Source: a virus | Lineage: Duplodnaviria; Heunggongvirae; Uroviricota; Caudoviricetes | IMG/VR virus record: IMGVR_UViG_2537561603_000006 | Location: 1-38,043 of that record | Length of the DNA stretch: 38,043 nt | Strand: one strand, 5' to 3' | In this document: in pieces, positions 1 to 10,680 of the stretch | Layout: each line of letters opens with the position of its first letter | How positions within the stretch are numbered: position 1 is the first letter of the stretch | The notes under the pieces: model-generated | What the model was told of the DNA's origin: nothing | Databases searched by the model: none | What the model saw: the letters and a program-made list of their open reading frames with translations, nothing else | Made by a program: the position numbers and the translations under genes

Positions 1-294
1 ACCAAGGTTTTCGAGAGCCGTTTTCACCGTGCCATCCGATTTGATATCGCCAAACGGATTCTTGCGGCTTAACAGCAGCGCACGAAGCGCGGTAAGCAGT
101 TGGTCGTGCCGCGCCTTCTCCAGACTGGCACCGGATGCCTCCACCACGCTGCAGAGTTCTTCCTGCAACATGTCAAAGTAGTCATCATCCAGATCGGTGG
201 CAGGCGTGCCTGTCTGGGGGTTACCACGGGTAAAACCGTTCTTACCCGCGCCGAACTTATCCTTCTGCGCGGTTTTCGTGTCTATACGATGCAT
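1..294 (-). CDS. Tail fibre protein, N-terminal part only (gene continues beyond left window edge)
   Basis: Minus-strand ATG at 294 directly after the stop of the upstream gene; translation [29 protein letters not shown]... resembles conserved N-termini of Mu/P2-type tail fibres; position after the gp48-like gene matches Mu order. Confidence 0.55.
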   Translation of the reverse strand, partial: MHRIDTKTAQKDKFGAGKNGFTRGNPQTGTPATDLDDDYFDMLQEELCSVVEASGASLEKARHDQLLTALRALLLSRKNPFGDIKSDGTVKTALENLG

Positions 295-297
295 GGA

Positions 298-882
298 TTA
301 CTCCGGATATTTAAAAATTACGTAGGTATGCGACGGGCAGAGTTTGTTAAGCACACACTCGACAACGGTGTCGCCCCAGATACGCAGCGCGGAATCACAG
401 GGATCGCCACATGTCATCCAGGTGGTGTTGGTGGCGGCTGGCATGTTGACCTGCCAGTAATACCGCCATTCCGGCGCATTCACAGCGTCAGTACAGGCCG
501 ATGAGCAGGTGAACGTGCTTTTGTCGTATCGCGTGATGGTGGCATCTGGTCTGCCCAGGGCAGCAAGCTGTGCAAGATAAAAATCCTCGTTGATGCCACC
601 CGCCAGGTTAACCTTCGCATCCAGCCGTTGCTGACGCTGGCGAAGGGTCTGTGTCCCTGCGGGAATACATTCATCCGGCAGGCCGCACAGACGCTCCCAG
701 CGATTTATCAGTTCGGTGGTGGTGCGCGGATCCAGCTCCCGCATCAGGGCATCCGCACGCTGATGAACACGAGTTAATGACGGTGCCGCACCGGCAATCG
801 CCGGATCGCTGGCTGACCACGCCGGACCGGGCGGCAGCAGTGCCGACAACAGACGGATGTAATCATCGTTTGTCACGTCCAT
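298..882 (-). CDS. Mu gp48-like / YmfQ-like tail (baseplate wedge) protein
   Basis: 194 aa ORF, last gene before the tail fibre; resembles e14 YmfQ (DUF2313) by memory; synteny with Mu gp48. Confidence 0.6.
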   Translation of the reverse strand: MDVTNDDYIRLLSALLPPGPAWSASDPAIAGAAPSLTRVHQRADALMRELDPRTTTELINRWERLCGLPDECIPAGTQTLRQRQQRLDAKVNLAGGINEDFYLAQLAALGRPDATITRYDKSTFTCSSACTDAVNAPEWRYYWQVNMPAATNTTWMTCGDPCDSALRIWGDTVVECVLNKLCPSHTYVIFKYPE

Positions 883-1931
883 GAAATCGTCCCCAGAACC
901 GCCAGTTCATTTTTTGCAATGGAGATATTGTCCGCCGGTGCAAGCAATTGATGGCTGTATTCCCCGTTCGCACCGGAAATCGCCTCACTGATACGCGATA
1001 CCTTCAGTTCTCCCTGCGGATAACCATCACGCAGCAGGAACGAACGCAACTCGGCGGTGATGGCAGCCCGTATTTCTGGTGTGTCCGGCGTCACGCGGAT
1101 ATGAAAATCCACCGTATGTGCCACCGGCCTGAATACATACAAATCAGAGCCTGCCACCGGGGCCAGTGGCCCGATATGTTGTCTTGCTGCCGTTTCCGTT
1201 GATTCTTCCGGAATGGGATTAATCAGGTCACTGCTGGCAATCATCACACCGACAGTCCCCGTTCCCATCCAGTGTCGGTATGTCCATGCGCGGGTAATGC
1301 CAGGTACTTCTTTAGCCCAGACGACATAGTCCCCGTCAGCCCCGCCCTGCGGCGTCCAGTAATACCGCTCAATGACGCGGGCGCGCCACGTTTCCAGCTC
1401 TTCAGTATCAAATCCGCCTGTCAGGGTGTCAGCCACGCCGGAAGACGGCAGACCATTCACCGGCGTGACCAGGATTAATGCCGTACCGTCGTCAGCGTTA
1501 CCAACCGCACCTGCACTTGAGCAGGCGATCGGCACACGCAGGACACCACCGGAGCTGATTGCATCGTCAGTTGTCGTGTACTGCACCAGGTCATTGCGCT
1601 GAATAACACTCCCGGCAGTCACCTTCAGGCCATCGCTGACACCTTCCCAGCGCATATACCCGCTGGCAACCGTGGCTCCCTTGCGCGGACACCGTTTCAT
1701 CGCAGCATGTCGCGCCAGCCAGGACTCATCGCACAGGTCAGGCAGCATATTCATTGCCAGATAATCGATGTAACCGTAGACCGTATGCAGCGCCGCCGCA
1801 TACACCTTTGCCCGCACGTCTTCATCCATGCGCCGGAGCGTGTCGCTGACGTCCAGCCTGGCGAATAAATCGTTACGGAGCATACTGATATTTTCTGCCA
1901 GCGTCGGGCGCTGAAATTCACTGTCCGCCAT
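873..1931 (-). CDS. Baseplate J-like protein (Mu gp47 family)
   Basis: 352 aa ORF overlapping neighbours by a few nt (translational coupling); position and size match baseplate J. Confidence 0.75.
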   Translation of the reverse strand: MADSEFQRPTLAENISMLRNDLFARLDVSDTLRRMDEDVRAKVYAAALHTVYGYIDYLAMNMLPDLCDESWLARHAAMKRCPRKGATVASGYMRWEGVSDGLKVTAGSVIQRNDLVQYTTTDDAISSGGVLRVPIACSSAGAVGNADDGTALILVTPVNGLPSSGVADTLTGGFDTEELETWRARVIERYYWTPQGGADGDYVVWAKEVPGITRAWTYRHWMGTGTVGVMIASSDLINPIPEESTETAARQHIGPLAPVAGSDLYVFRPVAHTVDFHIRVTPDTPEIRAAITAELRSFLLRDGYPQGELKVSRISEAISGANGEYSHQLLAPADNISIAKNELAVLGTISWT

Positions 1932-2346
1932 GCGTTATCGCACTCCACAGATCATCAAAAGAAATCACTACTGGTCCATCACGACGCCAGAGGATGATAC
2001 TGTTACCCAGCTCATTAATCCCGGTGCGGCGGATATCCAGATCAATACGGGACACCACGCCGTCATCAATCATCCATTGCAGGCATTCGCGGATATATCC
2101 CCTTACCGTCTGCACCAGCTGATTGGTCAGTTTGCTGCGCTGAAGCAGCCACAGTCGGGAGCCGTAACGGTCATTCTGTACCGCAGGCCAGGTATCCCCC
2201 CACCATCCCATTGGGACGTCGGCATAGTCATCAGGCTCCGCCCGCCGCCAGGTGAACAGGGAAATCACCACGGCGCGGGTCAGCGGATCCAGCGGTGCGC
2301 TGGCGCAGGTGCGTTTACCGTTCACCGTCAGCCACAGTTCCATCAT
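1918..2346 (-). CDS. Mu gp46-like baseplate protein
   Basis: 142 aa ORF between spike and baseplate J; synteny with Mu gp46. Confidence 0.65.
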   Translation of the reverse strand: MMELWLTVNGKRTCASAPLDPLTRAVVISLFTWRRAEPDDYADVPMGWWGDTWPAVQNDRYGSRLWLLQRSKLTNQLVQTVRGYIRECLQWMIDDGVVSRIDLDIRRTGINELGNSIILWRRDGPVVISFDDLWSAITHGGQ

Positions 2347-2891
2347 GCCTCCATCGCTTTATCAGGTTTATCGGTGTTACTGCCCTGACCGTTCTCTCTG
2401 TGACGATGCCCGTTATAGGCAAGCCGCATCGCTGACATGGTGGTGCCGCCGGAGTCGCACAGGTCTTTCACCTGTCCGGTCACTTCCAGATCCATTTCAA
2501 AACGTGCTTCAGGTGCATTGCGAAACGTGATCGTTTTACCTGCACCGTCCACCACGATCCCCTCCCGGGTCAGCGTCACGGACTGCCCCTGATCGTCATA
2601 GACAGCCACCTCACCCGTCTGCAGCCCTTTCAGGCGGTAACGCCGGTCCGACACCGTAACAACCACCGCATGAGAACGGTCACCATCCGGAAACAACACC
2701 ACCGCTTCCGCACCGCTGTTTGCCCTTGCGGTAAAACCGTAAGGTTCAAGATGTTCAACCCCGGCTTTGGGTTCACCGGCAATCAGGGACACATCCACGG
2801 TCTGACATTTCGTGGCGGCACTGATGCTTTTCACCACGGCCCGCCCAATCAGCCCGAGGAGTTGTCGCTGTATGGTTTCAATCGCCCTCAT
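2343..2891 (-). CDS. Baseplate assembly protein V / spike (Mu gp45-like)
   Basis: 182 aa ORF; beta-rich sequence typical of gpV spikes; synteny. Confidence 0.7.
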   Translation of the reverse strand: MRAIETIQRQLLGLIGRAVVKSISAATKCQTVDVSLIAGEPKAGVEHLEPYGFTARANSGAEAVVLFPDGDRSHAVVVTVSDRRYRLKGLQTGEVAVYDDQGQSVTLTREGIVVDGAGKTITFRNAPEARFEMDLEVTGQVKDLCDSGGTTMSAMRLAYNGHRHRENGQGSNTDKPDKAMEA

Positions 2892-3970
2892 CAGAACGGG
2901 TCCTCCTGTACTCTGGCTTTTTTCTTTTTCCGCGCGCCGGGATCTTCGGGTTCAGGCAGATAAGCATCAGGCGGGCCGACACGGATTTCCGTCAGGGTAC
3001 CGTTCTGGCCCTGAGTAAACGTGACTTCCGATACAAGCAGTTCGGTATTGTCGAAACCACAGACCGGATCAAAGACAATCACCCGCTGGTTGGGCTGCCA
3101 CAGCGTACCGTTACCCTGTCGCCAGCCCTGCACCACATAGATGGTTTCATCCGTCCGCGCCGCCCGTTGCCGGGCTTCAAAGTCAGCACGCGCAATACAG
3201 CCTGCCCCCGTGGCCTGCCCTGTCTGCCTGATATACATCGGACGGTAACGGGCAATAAATGCGTCCTCTGTGCGGGCCCGCAGCGCGGTGGTGGTGGCCT
3301 CACCGAAATCATCGTCGTTTCCGGCACGCTGCCCCGCCACCTGGTAAACAGAAAACCGCTCCCGGATACTCTTCTCCGTATCGCAGGAAAGGATGTTTTC
3401 CCCGAGTACCAGCGCGGTATGTGCCCGCGTTGAGCCAATACCGCCAACCACCAGCCTGCCGTGCGGGTCGTCATAAGCCAGCGCCTGCTGCTGACCGAGT
3501 ATTTTGTTAATCACCTCGATCACCGTTTCACCGTGATCAGGCTGGACATCAGGAATAACACCCGACGGCGCACCGCTGTTCACCACCTCAATGCCGAAGG
3601 GCGCAGCAAGCGCCTGCGCAATCTGTACCAGTGATCGTCCGTTAAACTGTGTCGGTTCGGCTGCACAATCAATCAGGTCAGCGGTCAGACTGCGTCCGGC
3701 AATACCGGTGCTGACCGAACGGGCATCGTAACGAACGGGCGTAGCCTCCACCCAGCCGGTGATCACCAGCTCATCACCAATCAGCACCTCCACTTTTGAA
3801 CCGTTTTTAATGCGCGGCTGAAGCGTGGTGATACCCTCATCACCCGGCCACTGGCGGGTGATCTCCACACTGAAATCCCGCGCCAGCCGTTCAATACCGG
3901 CACCGATGCGCACCGATGTCCAGCCATTCCACTCCCGGCCATTTACCCGTAGCGTGACATTGTCGTTCAT
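2891..3970 (-). CDS. Baseplate hub / tail protein (Mu gp44 / P2 gpD-like)
   Basis: 359 aa ORF immediately downstream of the DNA-circulation gene; synteny with Mu P. Confidence 0.65.
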   Translation of the reverse strand: MNDNVTLRVNGREWNGWTSVRIGAGIERLARDFSVEITRQWPGDEGITTLQPRIKNGSKVEVLIGDELVITGWVEATPVRYDARSVSTGIAGRSLTADLIDCAAEPTQFNGRSLVQIAQALAAPFGIEVVNSGAPSGVIPDVQPDHGETVIEVINKILGQQQALAYDDPHGRLVVGGIGSTRAHTALVLGENILSCDTEKSIRERFSVYQVAGQRAGNDDDFGEATTTALRARTEDAFIARYRPMYIRQTGQATGAGCIARADFEARQRAARTDETIYVVQGWRQGNGTLWQPNQRVIVFDPVCGFDNTELLVSEVTFTQGQNGTLTEIRVGPPDAYLPEPEDPGARKKKKARVQEDPF

Positions 3971-5295
3971 TGCACTGGCACCTTCAGAGGGATCACCGGC
4001 ACAAAGCCGGGATGCGTAATGGCATTACGCCGGATAATGTCCGCGTCACGCGCCGCGTTATCAAACCAGGTCGCCGCCAGCACCAGCGCGGGTAAAACCT
4101 CATCCGGTGTGCGCTGAATGATCCGTGCAGACTGTTCAAGGCGCGTGTTGATATCCGCATTCAGATCTGCTTTCACCCGGCGCAGCGCCAGAAACAGCGC
4201 ATCACTGGTTGTACGGGACAACTCCTTATCAATTGCCGTATTCAGTGTGTCGCGAATGTCAGTCAGTTCTTCCCACGTCGGCAGGTCAACCGTGTTTTTC
4301 ACCGCCGGTGCATTGTTCAGTGCCGGATGCGTGACGGAAGGCCAGCCAGTGCTCTGCGCGGGTGTTGTTGCCTGCCCCACTGCGGCATTCTGCATCACCG
4401 CGGAAGTTGTTGGCGCAGGCAATCGGGTGACGGCATACGCCGCTTCGCTGATTGCGATCGTACGAAGGGTGCTGGCAACCACGTTACGCTGCTGTGTCGC
4501 CGTGGCGGTGGTTTTACTGTCCGTTTTCCAGACGCCGCGCGGTTGCAGATCGCTGCCGAGGCTGACACCGGAAAGCGTTTTGATCATGGTGACCAGGTCG
4601 CTGGCGTTACCATAAAGGCGTTTCCCGGTACGCCACATTTTCTGCACCTGCTCAACGAAATTTTTGCCTGACGATGGTGGCGGCAGAAGTACCGAGATAT
4701 CCCCCTGCAACAGCCTGGCCGCATCCGATACGGCAGAATCCACCACTTTCATCGCATCAGAAACATACCCAAGCATTGTGCTGACATTACCAACGACGTC
4801 GTTCTGCACAAAATCCGCCACGCCATCGATACTGAAACCGCTGAAGCTGTCACTGATGCAGTCATCCAGTGCAGAACAGGATGACATCAGCGTCTGCGCC
4901 GTCGCCGCACCTGATGTGGGGTAAGAGAGCTCTCCTGCTTCGACAAACTTCAGGTCAAAGCGGACAATACGTCCTTCACTTTTCGATGTGCTGACCCGAA
5001 CTTCCCCGTCAACACAGACTTTCAGCTCACCGTATGTCGGATGGACAAGCGTGCCGGGACCGGGTTTATTCAGCGCGTCAATCAGGCGATCGCGCTGGTC
5101 AAAGCAGTCATCTCCCACCACATAAGCCGTGATGGACGGGCGGAAAGTGATTTTCCCCAGGTCTTCGGTATAGGGTTTGTCGCGGTTCGGGTATTCGTGC
5201 GTTTCCACACGACGACCGGTTCCCGCACTTTCTTCTTCAACCTTAAACGGCACACCGCGAAATGACGCGTCCTGAAGTCTGTCTTTCCACGTCAT
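3967..5295 (-). CDS. Mu-like DNA circulation protein (gp43/N family)
   Basis: N-terminus MTWKDRLQDASFRGVPFKVEEESAGTGRRVETHEYPNRDKPYTEDLG is characteristic of this family; start placed at the internal ATG (5295) preceded by GGAG 7 nt upstream, not the track's longest ORF start (5337). Confidence 0.75.
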   Translation of the reverse strand: MTWKDRLQDASFRGVPFKVEEESAGTGRRVETHEYPNRDKPYTEDLGKITFRPSITAYVVGDDCFDQRDRLIDALNKPGPGTLVHPTYGELKVCVDGEVRVSTSKSEGRIVRFDLKFVEAGELSYPTSGAATAQTLMSSCSALDDCISDSFSGFSIDGVADFVQNDVVGNVSTMLGYVSDAMKVVDSAVSDAARLLQGDISVLLPPPSSGKNFVEQVQKMWRTGKRLYGNASDLVTMIKTLSGVSLGSDLQPRGVWKTDSKTTATATQQRNVVASTLRTIAISEAAYAVTRLPAPTTSAVMQNAAVGQATTPAQSTGWPSVTHPALNNAPAVKNTVDLPTWEELTDIRDTLNTAIDKELSRTTSDALFLALRRVKADLNADINTRLEQSARIIQRTPDEVLPALVLAATWFDNAARDADIIRRNAITHPGFVPVIPLKVPVQ

Positions 5296-5355
5296 ATAAA
5301 CTCCGTACATAAAAAATCCCACCGGAGTGGGACTCATTAACAGATTAATTTTTCA

Positions 5356-7191
5356 TTACCTGCCAAAGCGCGTATAGCCAACATCATGGCTGACATCAAA
5401 ACCGCTGGATCGCGTTTCCATAACCCGCATACCCGGAGGCGAATTCACAAAAGAGACCTTGATCTCACCATCAACTTTTGGCGCAGAAGCTTTGTTAATC
5501 ATGAAGGGATTCGGGCCTGTGGCATCGGAGGCGTTGTTTGACTGAGCCAGATCTACCGCCGGATAAGGTGTGTATCCCCGCGCCGGTATTCCCGTCCCAT
5601 AAGCATCATAAGCACCCGCGCCCCACTGCGCAGAGTTAATGGCATCGACCGTGTCACCGGAACTGTCGGTAAACCACTCAATAATTGGCTTCAGCTTATC
5701 CCACATATCCTGAAACCACTTAACAACCGGTCCCCAGTTATTGATCACCATCCCCAGCGGCGACCAGGCAAAAACCTTCTTCAGAAGTTCCCAGCCAGCC
5801 TCAAAATAAGGACCAATGGTTTCCCAGAGCTTCTTAAAATAAGGTCCGACAACATCCCAGTTAGTGATAATTAATCCCGCAGCCAGAGCAATCGCCGTCG
5901 CAATCATGCCAATCGGCGTCATCGACATAATCCTGCTGACAATACTGATGGCACTGCCCACGCCCATCAATCCCAGTTTCAGAATCGCAAGACCGGCAGC
6001 AAGCCCGACGACGCCGCGAATACCCCGGGGATTTTCATCCGCAAACTTCGTGAATTTCTCCCCCAACACCCCCAGCCACTGCGTGATATTTTTGGCGTCA
6101 CCAGAAAATGCGCCGCCAATAGCTGCAAGACCGTTAGTTGCGGTCCCCGTCATTGCCTCCCACAGGTTGGACAGCGTACCAAGCTGAGCCTGAACACGTT
6201 TATTCAGGCTGGCCTGTTTATTCATCTTCTGCTGGCTCTGATCGTAGCCATCCTTTCCTTTATCGATTAGTGCATTGACCACCTGAAGGGTTTCGGCATC
6301 ATCACCAAATATTGCCTTAAGTACACCGGTTCGCTTAACGTCGGTCAGTTTTCGCAGCTTTGCCAGTTGCCTGAACATGTTATCAAGACCGCCAAAACTC
6401 CCTTTGCCATCAGTAAAATCGAGCTGTACCCCGAGTTTCTGGCGGGCCATGATTTTATTGACGTCCCTGATTTTCTTAACGCTTAATCCGGACTGGATAA
6501 CTTTTCGCAGGGCATTACCTGCCGACTCCCCGTTCATCCCCATCTGATCCATCATGACACTGATGGGGGCAAGACTCTGTGCAGCCTGAAGACCGTCCTT
6601 ATTCACCATCTTCAGAACAGAGCTGGTTTTAGTGAAGAATGACAGCATGTTGGTGTCGTCAACGCCCAGATAAAACGCCTTCTGAATTGTGTCGAACAGC
6701 CCCATCATGTCTTCTGAGGCCGTTCCGGTAGCATCCTGCATCTTTGCGGCAAACTCGGCAGCCGCTTCCGGTGTTTTTTTCAGTTGTACCGCAAGATAAG
6801 CTGTCGCTTTACCCACACCACCCAGAATGTTTTCTGCCGGGATCCCCTGACGCACCAGCATCTGCATCATGTTCTGGAAATCAGCCGTTGTACCGGGTAG
6901 CTGGTTACCCAGGCCAATAGCCAGTTTATTGATGTCCTGAAAGCTCTTTCCAACCTCGCCGTTCGCATCCATCATGGCGACTTTCAGCCCGGTAGCGGCG
7001 TTTTCCTGATCGGCATAAGATTTCAGGGAAAGCGTCAGCCCCGCTGCCAGTCCGCCACCAAGCGCCAGCCCACCCTGTGACGCCTCTTCCGCCTGGCGTT
7101 TAAATCCCCGGATTTTCTTTTGCATTTTCGACAGCGCGGGAGAAAGCCTGTCGACACCGGTGATCAACGCCTTAAGCTCAAATTCAGCCAT
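5356..7191 (-). CDS. Tail tape measure protein
   Basis: 611 aa, Ala/Gly-rich with a hydrophobic central segment; sits between chaperone and DNA-circulation gene. Confidence 0.85.
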   Translation of the reverse strand: MAEFELKALITGVDRLSPALSKMQKKIRGFKRQAEEASQGGLALGGGLAAGLTLSLKSYADQENAATGLKVAMMDANGEVGKSFQDINKLAIGLGNQLPGTTADFQNMMQMLVRQGIPAENILGGVGKATAYLAVQLKKTPEAAAEFAAKMQDATGTASEDMMGLFDTIQKAFYLGVDDTNMLSFFTKTSSVLKMVNKDGLQAAQSLAPISVMMDQMGMNGESAGNALRKVIQSGLSVKKIRDVNKIMARQKLGVQLDFTDGKGSFGGLDNMFRQLAKLRKLTDVKRTGVLKAIFGDDAETLQVVNALIDKGKDGYDQSQQKMNKQASLNKRVQAQLGTLSNLWEAMTGTATNGLAAIGGAFSGDAKNITQWLGVLGEKFTKFADENPRGIRGVVGLAAGLAILKLGLMGVGSAISIVSRIMSMTPIGMIATAIALAAGLIITNWDVVGPYFKKLWETIGPYFEAGWELLKKVFAWSPLGMVINNWGPVVKWFQDMWDKLKPIIEWFTDSSGDTVDAINSAQWGAGAYDAYGTGIPARGYTPYPAVDLAQSNNASDATGPNPFMINKASAPKVDGEIKVSFVNSPPGMRVMETRSSGFDVSHDVGYTRFGR

Positions 7192-7332
7192 GTGTGCGTT
7201 TCTCCTGCTCTATCCTGTTTGCCTGACTGACCAGCAAGGGAATTTCACTGATCGGCATATTCAGCAATTCGAAGGGATTAATGCGCCAGTAGCTGGCGCA
7301 GTCAAAGAAGCGATCAGTGAGGTATTCAGCCG

Positions 7333-7602
7333 TCAGGCCTGGAGGAAAAAACCAGCCACAAGCCACGCCGCTGCATTCAGGTCTGCCGGAGACATCTGGT
7401 CGACAGAGCTTTGCGGCACTTTCGCCAGCCGCACAATGTATTTCGACACCACATGCGCCAGAAGTCTGACGGACTCATCCTGATTCATCTGGTAGGGATA
7501 CCCCAGCTCGCGGACATCCTTCCCGGTGGGTTCATCAAACTCCAGTACGGAGAGTGTCTCACCATGAGCGATAATCGGTTTCTTTAACTCAAGCTCTTTC
7601 AT
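7333..7602 (-). CDS. Tail assembly chaperone (G-like); a -1 frameshift extends it into the 7184-7366 frame
   Basis: 89 aa ORF between tube and tape measure; UUUUUUC heptamer at its 3' end; overlapping -1 frame ORF 7184..7366 continues ...WFFPPGLTAEY. Confidence 0.6.
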   Translation of the reverse strand: MKELELKKPIIAHGETLSVLEFDEPTGKDVRELGYPYQMNQDESVRLLAHVVSKYIVRLAKVPQSSVDQMSPADLNAAAWLVAGFFLQA

Positions 7603-7958
7603 TACTGGTAATCCCCTTCTTCACCGTGGAACTCAAGATCAACCGTGCCTTCTTCGGCATTATGGTTCGCTTCTCCGTGCAGCCAGGCGGACGACAATAC
7701 ATAGACCTGACCGTTCGCCAGCTCGGCAGTGATGGTCATCTCATCAGACGAGGTGATTTTGCTCACCGGAAAATTCTTCGGCACCTTGAAGGTCCCTTTG
7801 ACATAAGGCGCACGGTGAGTTTCCTTGCGGTCCACTGAACCGTCCAGGCCGATGATGTCATCATTGACCGTCCTGTTCATGGGCACCTCAATGCCGCCGG
7901 TCAGCGATAGCTGCTGACCGTCAATTTTGAAATAACAGGTTCCCCCGATACGGGCCAT
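7602..7958 (-). CDS. Tail tube protein (Mu M-like)
   Basis: 118 aa ORF directly downstream of the sheath gene with ATG/stop overlap. Confidence 0.7.
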   Translation of the reverse strand: MARIGGTCYFKIDGQQLSLTGGIEVPMNRTVNDDIIGLDGSVDRKETHRAPYVKGTFKVPKNFPVSKITSSDEMTITAELANGQVYVLSSAWLHGEANHNAEEGTVDLEFHGEEGDYQ

Positions 7959-9454
7959 TATGCAGACTCCTCTGAATACTGAAGACGGAACTGGTTAACC
8001 ACGGCAAAAACACGCAACTGGTTAACATAGTCAGGCGGGAACAGCGTGTTCAGGCGGTTCGGATCGCTGGCATCACGCTCCACAACCAGGTACTGCTTAA
8101 ACAGTTCGTAGTTTTCCACGATCCCCGCACGCTCAAGCTGACGGTAGGTTGCCAGCAGTTCCCCTTTGATTACCGCCGGGGTGACAATCGCCTGACCGGG
8201 ACCAAAGCGGGTACCGTCGCTGGCAAGCTTGTGACGCCCGTACTTACTGGTAATGACGGATTTCAGTTTGCGCAGTACATACGCGCTGGTATGCAGCGTC
8301 TCGCTGTCGAGGTAGCTGTTATCCGCAACCCCGTAAGCATTTTTCCTGTACGTGGTGACATCACGCTGAATGCGCAGCCCCCCGCTTTCGACATACGCCG
8401 TTGCCACGCCATGAGACAGCAGGGTCTGCTGCTCGGTCATCGTGAACCGTTTCCCCTTCGGCGCAGGCAACATACCCACCAGCTCACCGGTCTGCGTGGG
8501 ACGTGCCGGATCGTTGCGGATAAACACCGCTGCGCGGGCGGTACGGCTTGCCGCCAGCTCGTCGGCAGGCGTCTGGGTCTCTTTTTCGTACCCCGCCAGG
8601 GTGATGTGCTGCTGGTTAAACTGGTCACCTGCGTTCACCAGTTCTGACAGTGTGCCGGTCTTTGCCGTATACACATGACCATACAGCTGACGCGCATAGC
8701 TCCAGCGACCGCTGGTATCGTTCATCTCGGTCACCAGCGTGTTAACGGAGGCCGTGTCGTTGAACGGCAGACCGATATAATCAAACGGCTCATCCGCCAT
8801 TGCAGCCACCGCGCCGGTGAGAACCGGAGCGCCCGTTCCGGCGGTCCCCGTCGCCACGGCAATCTGTACGCCCGCTGGCAGCACTTCGCCCCCACCGAAG
8901 CCGTAGTAATTGAGGCTGACAGGAATTTCATTCCCGCAAAGCCCCTTATGACGCGCGGTCAGCGTGACAACACCAGCCGAAGATGAAGCTGTAAACGGCA
9001 GAGTCGGAACGGCATTGATGGCATCTTTGATACTGCTGGCAATCGTCGTGACGTTATCGCCGTTGGTCACCGGAGCCTGCACGCGGGTACGTCCCACATA
9101 GACATTCACCGTGCCGCTTTCGGTTGCTTCCCCGGTCACCGTCAGCGTAACCGTTGCCGCCGCGCCTGTGGCTTCCGGAACGGCAATCACATACAGCTCA
9201 CCAAACGGGTCGGTCTGGCGATAAGCCTCGACCATACGCGCCAGCTGACTTCCCGCACCACAAATCTGGCGTGCATAGTCTGCCGACGGCATCAGCACCA
9301 GACTGTTGGCAACAATCTCTGCACCGTTATTGGCATGACCAATCAGCAGCGATGCTCCGCTGTCCTGTGCAGTATTCGCCGCCTGGTTATCCATTTCCGC
9401 ATAAAACAGCGGAACCAGCGTATTCGACGGAATGGTGTTAAAGCTTATCGTCAT
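7958..9454 (-). CDS. Contractile tail sheath protein
   Basis: 498 aa ORF; size, composition and position before the tube gene. Confidence 0.85.
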   Translation of the reverse strand: MTISFNTIPSNTLVPLFYAEMDNQAANTAQDSGASLLIGHANNGAEIVANSLVLMPSADYARQICGAGSQLARMVEAYRQTDPFGELYVIAVPEATGAAATVTLTVTGEATESGTVNVYVGRTRVQAPVTNGDNVTTIASSIKDAINAVPTLPFTASSSAGVVTLTARHKGLCGNEIPVSLNYYGFGGGEVLPAGVQIAVATGTAGTGAPVLTGAVAAMADEPFDYIGLPFNDTASVNTLVTEMNDTSGRWSYARQLYGHVYTAKTGTLSELVNAGDQFNQQHITLAGYEKETQTPADELAASRTARAAVFIRNDPARPTQTGELVGMLPAPKGKRFTMTEQQTLLSHGVATAYVESGGLRIQRDVTTYRKNAYGVADNSYLDSETLHTSAYVLRKLKSVITSKYGRHKLASDGTRFGPGQAIVTPAVIKGELLATYRQLERAGIVENYELFKQYLVVERDASDPNRLNTLFPPDYVNQLRVFAVVNQFRLQYSEESA

Positions 9455-9608
9455 CGGTGTTCACCTTTTTATTCACGCGCCGGATATCACCCGCTGCTTC
9501 ACGGCGCAGCCAGTAGTTGTTCTCGTCAACATTTCGCCCTTCGGTGGGCAAAAGGTCACCGCGGGCAGGGTCAGGCACTGACCGCCCTTTAACAGGTTTC
9601 ACAAACAT
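9438..9608 (-). CDS. Small hypothetical protein upstream of sheath
   Basis: 56 aa minus-strand ORF (MFVKPVKGRSVPDPARGDLLPTEGRN...) found by manual translation, below the track's 60 aa cutoff; overlaps sheath start. Confidence 0.35.
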   Translation of the reverse strand: MFVKPVKGRSVPDPARGDLLPTEGRNVDENNYWLRREAAGDIRRVNKKVNTDDDKL

Positions 9609-9616
9609 GAAGATTC

Positions 9617-10177
9617 TCAGGAAGGAAGGGTTATTTCGGTGTGATGTTCGATATCGCCGTCAGGCCCGTTACCGGGATCGAGATAATCAACATCAATCGC
9701 CAGCGTTCGCAGTTCATCCAGACTGTTCAGCTCATCCTGCTGGCGGGTATCGTCTTCGGTCAGCTCGCTGATGACCGAAAAATCGAACTGATAAATCAGC
9801 TCATGACGATTCAGATCCAGTAGAGTGCCGCCGTCATAGGTAATCGGGTTACCGCACGCTTCCGGGTTCCAGCCCAGCAGGGCCTTAAAGAGCATCTGCC
9901 GGACATCGTCCACCACATCATACGAGGCAAACTGACCGCGCTCATCACGCCCGTTACTCAGTATGACAACCACGGAGAAACCCTCTTTCAGCTCCTGCCA
10001 GTAGTCGGTCTGGCTTTTGTTTTCTCCCGGAGAATCATCACCCGGTACAACATATGCCGCCGGGAGTTTCAGCTTTCCGACCTCCGGCAGATTTTTGAAC
10101 TGGGCCGCGCCTGCAACCCGGTTTTCAAAATACGGACAGCGGGCACGCAGTGCAGCAATAACAGGCGTCAGTTTCAT
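9617..10177 (-). CDS. Virion morphogenesis / tail completion protein (Mu gp37-like)
   Basis: 186 aa acidic ORF between head-tail joining genes and sheath; synteny. Confidence 0.55.
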   Translation of the reverse strand: MKLTPVIAALRARCPYFENRVAGAAQFKNLPEVGKLKLPAAYVVPGDDSPGENKSQTDYWQELKEGFSVVVILSNGRDERGQFASYDVVDDVRQMLFKALLGWNPEACGNPITYDGGTLLDLNRHELIYQFDFSVISELTEDDTRQQDELNSLDELRTLAIDVDYLDPGNGPDGDIEHHTEITLPS

Positions 10178-10680
10178 CTGTGTCGTCGCTCCGGCTTCAG
10201 TGATTTACGCAATTCCCGCGCCAGAAAATAGCGTGTCCAGCTGCGGTTCTTTTCAAGCGTTTCCACCATGAAGTTATTACGTGGAGCCAGTCGCCAGCCG
10301 CTGCCACCGGATGCACCACGATGATGGCTGCGACGACGCTTTGCCCCTCGCCTCACGCCATAGAACAAAAAAGCCGGATAAAAATCACCGGTGATACGGC
10401 GGTTTCCCTCTCCATTACGCTGGTTAGGGGCTATACGTGCCATAAAACCAGGACGATGTTTACTGGCTCTGGGTACCATGTAACCAATCGAACGAGCCAG
10501 GCGTCCGGTCTGATAACCGGGGTTTTCACCCGGTGCCGACCGCGCACGGCGCATCACCAGCCGACGGGCATCACGCATATGACGCTGACCAATCGTGACA
10601 AACGCCCGCCGGACACGGGCGCGGTTAAAGCGCATCTCCGCGGGCTGCTGAAAATCAACGTGCAAAAAGGAAGTCGCCAT
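10174..10680 (-). CDS. Head-tail joining protein (HK97 gp10-like)
   Basis: 168 aa strongly basic ORF; ATG overlaps stop of the upstream adaptor reading frame. Confidence 0.55.
   Translation of the reverse strand: MATSFLHVDFQQPAEMRFNRARVRRAFVTIGQRHMRDARRLVMRRARSAPGENPGYQTGRLARSIGYMVPRASKHRPGFMARIAPNQRNGEGNRRITGDFYPAFLFYGVRRGAKRRRSHHRGASGGSGWRLAPRNNFMVETLEKNRSWTRYFLARELRKSLKPERRHR

Noticed and set aside
100-504. Plus-strand ORFs (this one and many others between 100 and 17000, e.g. 948-1202, 4118-4615, 8231-8647, 14137-14712) overlapping the minus-strand structural genes
   Set aside because: They lie antisense to long, syntenic, family-recognisable virion genes in GC-rich DNA where spurious open frames are frequent; their translations are Arg/Pro/Gly-rich and lack ribosome-binding sites.
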